From Nanopusillaceae archaeon (lineage in GTDB: Archaea; Nanobdellota; Nanobdellia; Nanobdellales; Nanobdellaceae), in assembly GCA_038833255.1 (NCBI GenBank), contig JAWBIX010000008.1, forward strand, positions 1 through 13,298: a DNA stretch of 13,298 nucleotides, in the 5' to 3' direction. Shown here piece after piece: positions 12,804-13,298 of the stretch. A program made the translations under genes and the position numbers. Below the pieces are notes generated by a model. The model was not told the origin of the DNA, made no database searches, and saw nothing but the letters and a program-made list of their open reading frames with translations. Within the stretch, counting starts at the first letter, position 1, and each line of letters starts with the position of its first letter.

Positions 12804-13298
12804 TTAATCAGATTTAAATAGTTTTATATTAAAAATTTTTTCAAAATTTTTAGCAATATTAGCAGCTAGTTCATCTTTATCTATATTTTTTATTTTTGAT
12901 AGCATTTCTAAACCGTATATTATTTTCCAGGAATTATTTTCTCTTTTTCCAATTGGATCTAAAAATGGAGAATCGGTCTCAGTTAAAATAAGATCTATAG
13001 GTATTTTTTCTGCTATTTTCTGAAGATATTTATCTTTATAAACGAAAGCCGGTATAGAAAAATAGAATTCATTTTCTATTGCAGATTTTACTAATTCTAT
13101 ATTCCAAAAAGAATGTAAAATTTTTTTACATTTGTAATTTTTCGATATTTCAATTGTTTCTTTTTCAGCTTTTCTAGAATGTAATATTACTGGCTTATTA
13201 ATTTTTTCAGCAATCTCTAAAAATTTTTCGAACCAAAAAATCTCTTTTTTTAACAATTTCTCATCTTTTACCCAATAAAAATCTAATCCTATTTCTCC
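12804..13298 (-). CDS. tatD: TatD-family metal-dependent hydrolase/DNase; the N-terminus runs off the right edge of the window
   Basis: The ORF-track start at 13256 is a TTG. The frame stays open to the window edge and reads GEIGLDFYWVKDEKLLKKEIFWFEKFLEIAEKINKPVILHSRKAE... Later blocks are ILHSF and LILTETDSPFLDP. GEIGLD, PVxxHSR and ETDxPxL are the TatD/YcfH signature blocks. Confidence 0.8.
   Translation of the reverse strand, partial: GEIGLDFYWVKDEKLLKKEIFWFEKFLEIAEKINKPVILHSRKAEKETIEISKNYKCKKILHSFWNIELVKSAIENEFYFSIPAFVYKDKYLQKIAEKIPIDLILTETDSPFLDPIGKRENNSWKIIYGLEMLSKIKNIDKDELAANIAKNFEKIFNIKLFKSD
12812..12820 (-). promoter_or_regulatory. Putative TATA box for tRNA-Arg, embedded in the last codons of the TatD-family gene
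   Basis: The reverse strand reads TATTTAAAT at -32..-24 relative to tRNA position 1 (12788). Only 15 bp separate the TatD stop (12804) from the tRNA, so any tRNA promoter must lie inside the coding sequence. Confidence 0.35.

Noticed and set aside
13254-13256. The ORF-track start of the TatD-family gene at 13256.
   Set aside because: That codon is TTG. The frame continues open to the window edge and encodes the conserved GEIGLD motif upstream of it. The gene is therefore 5'-truncated by the window, not a 150-aa protein.

Overview
This window is a compact, very AT-rich archaeal chromosome segment. I estimate about one quarter G+C by eye; this was not computed. The archaeal call rests on a short-type triosephosphate isomerase, an archaeal-type LeuRS, ribosomal protein S3Ae/eS1, and three GC-rich tRNA genes without encoded CCA. 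I saw no Shine-Dalgarno motifs, and intergenic spacers are tiny (0-84 bp), which suggests a small-genome, DPANN-like archaeon (inference).

Gene order:
- tpiA (-, truncated at the left edge)
- P2-type cation ATPase (+)
- GT2 glycosyltransferase with the D,D,D35QxxRW signature (+)
- RNase Z (+)
- 129-aa coiled-coil ORF (-)
- tRNA-Gly(GCC) (-)
- 148-aa coiled-coil ORF (-)
- leuS (-)
- rps3ae (+)
- PUA/RlmI-like m5C methyltransferase (-)
- membrane-anchored Lon-like (S16) protease-domain protein with an uncharacterised helical C-terminal half (-)
- tRNA-Ser(GGA) (-)
- 68-aa ThiS/MoaD/SAMP-like protein ending in GG (+)
- tRNA-Arg(UCU) (-)
- TatD-family hydrolase (-, truncated at the right edge)

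I found no CRISPR array, transposase, integrase or recognisable defence or toxin module, and I cannot name a multi-gene novel system.

The items most worth follow-up are:
1. An unannotated candidate C/D-box sRNA in a GC-rich island, antisense to the ATPase stop codon.
2. A pair of apparently paralogous K/E-rich coiled-coil proteins flanking tRNA-Gly. One starts only 12 nt after the tRNA 3' end.
3. A divergent Lon-like protease fusion translationally coupled to the methyltransferase.
4. An orphan ubiquitin-like GG protein wedged between two tRNA genes.
5. Unusually interleaved or shared divergent promoters.

All homology statements come from motif recognition by eye. No database search was run.
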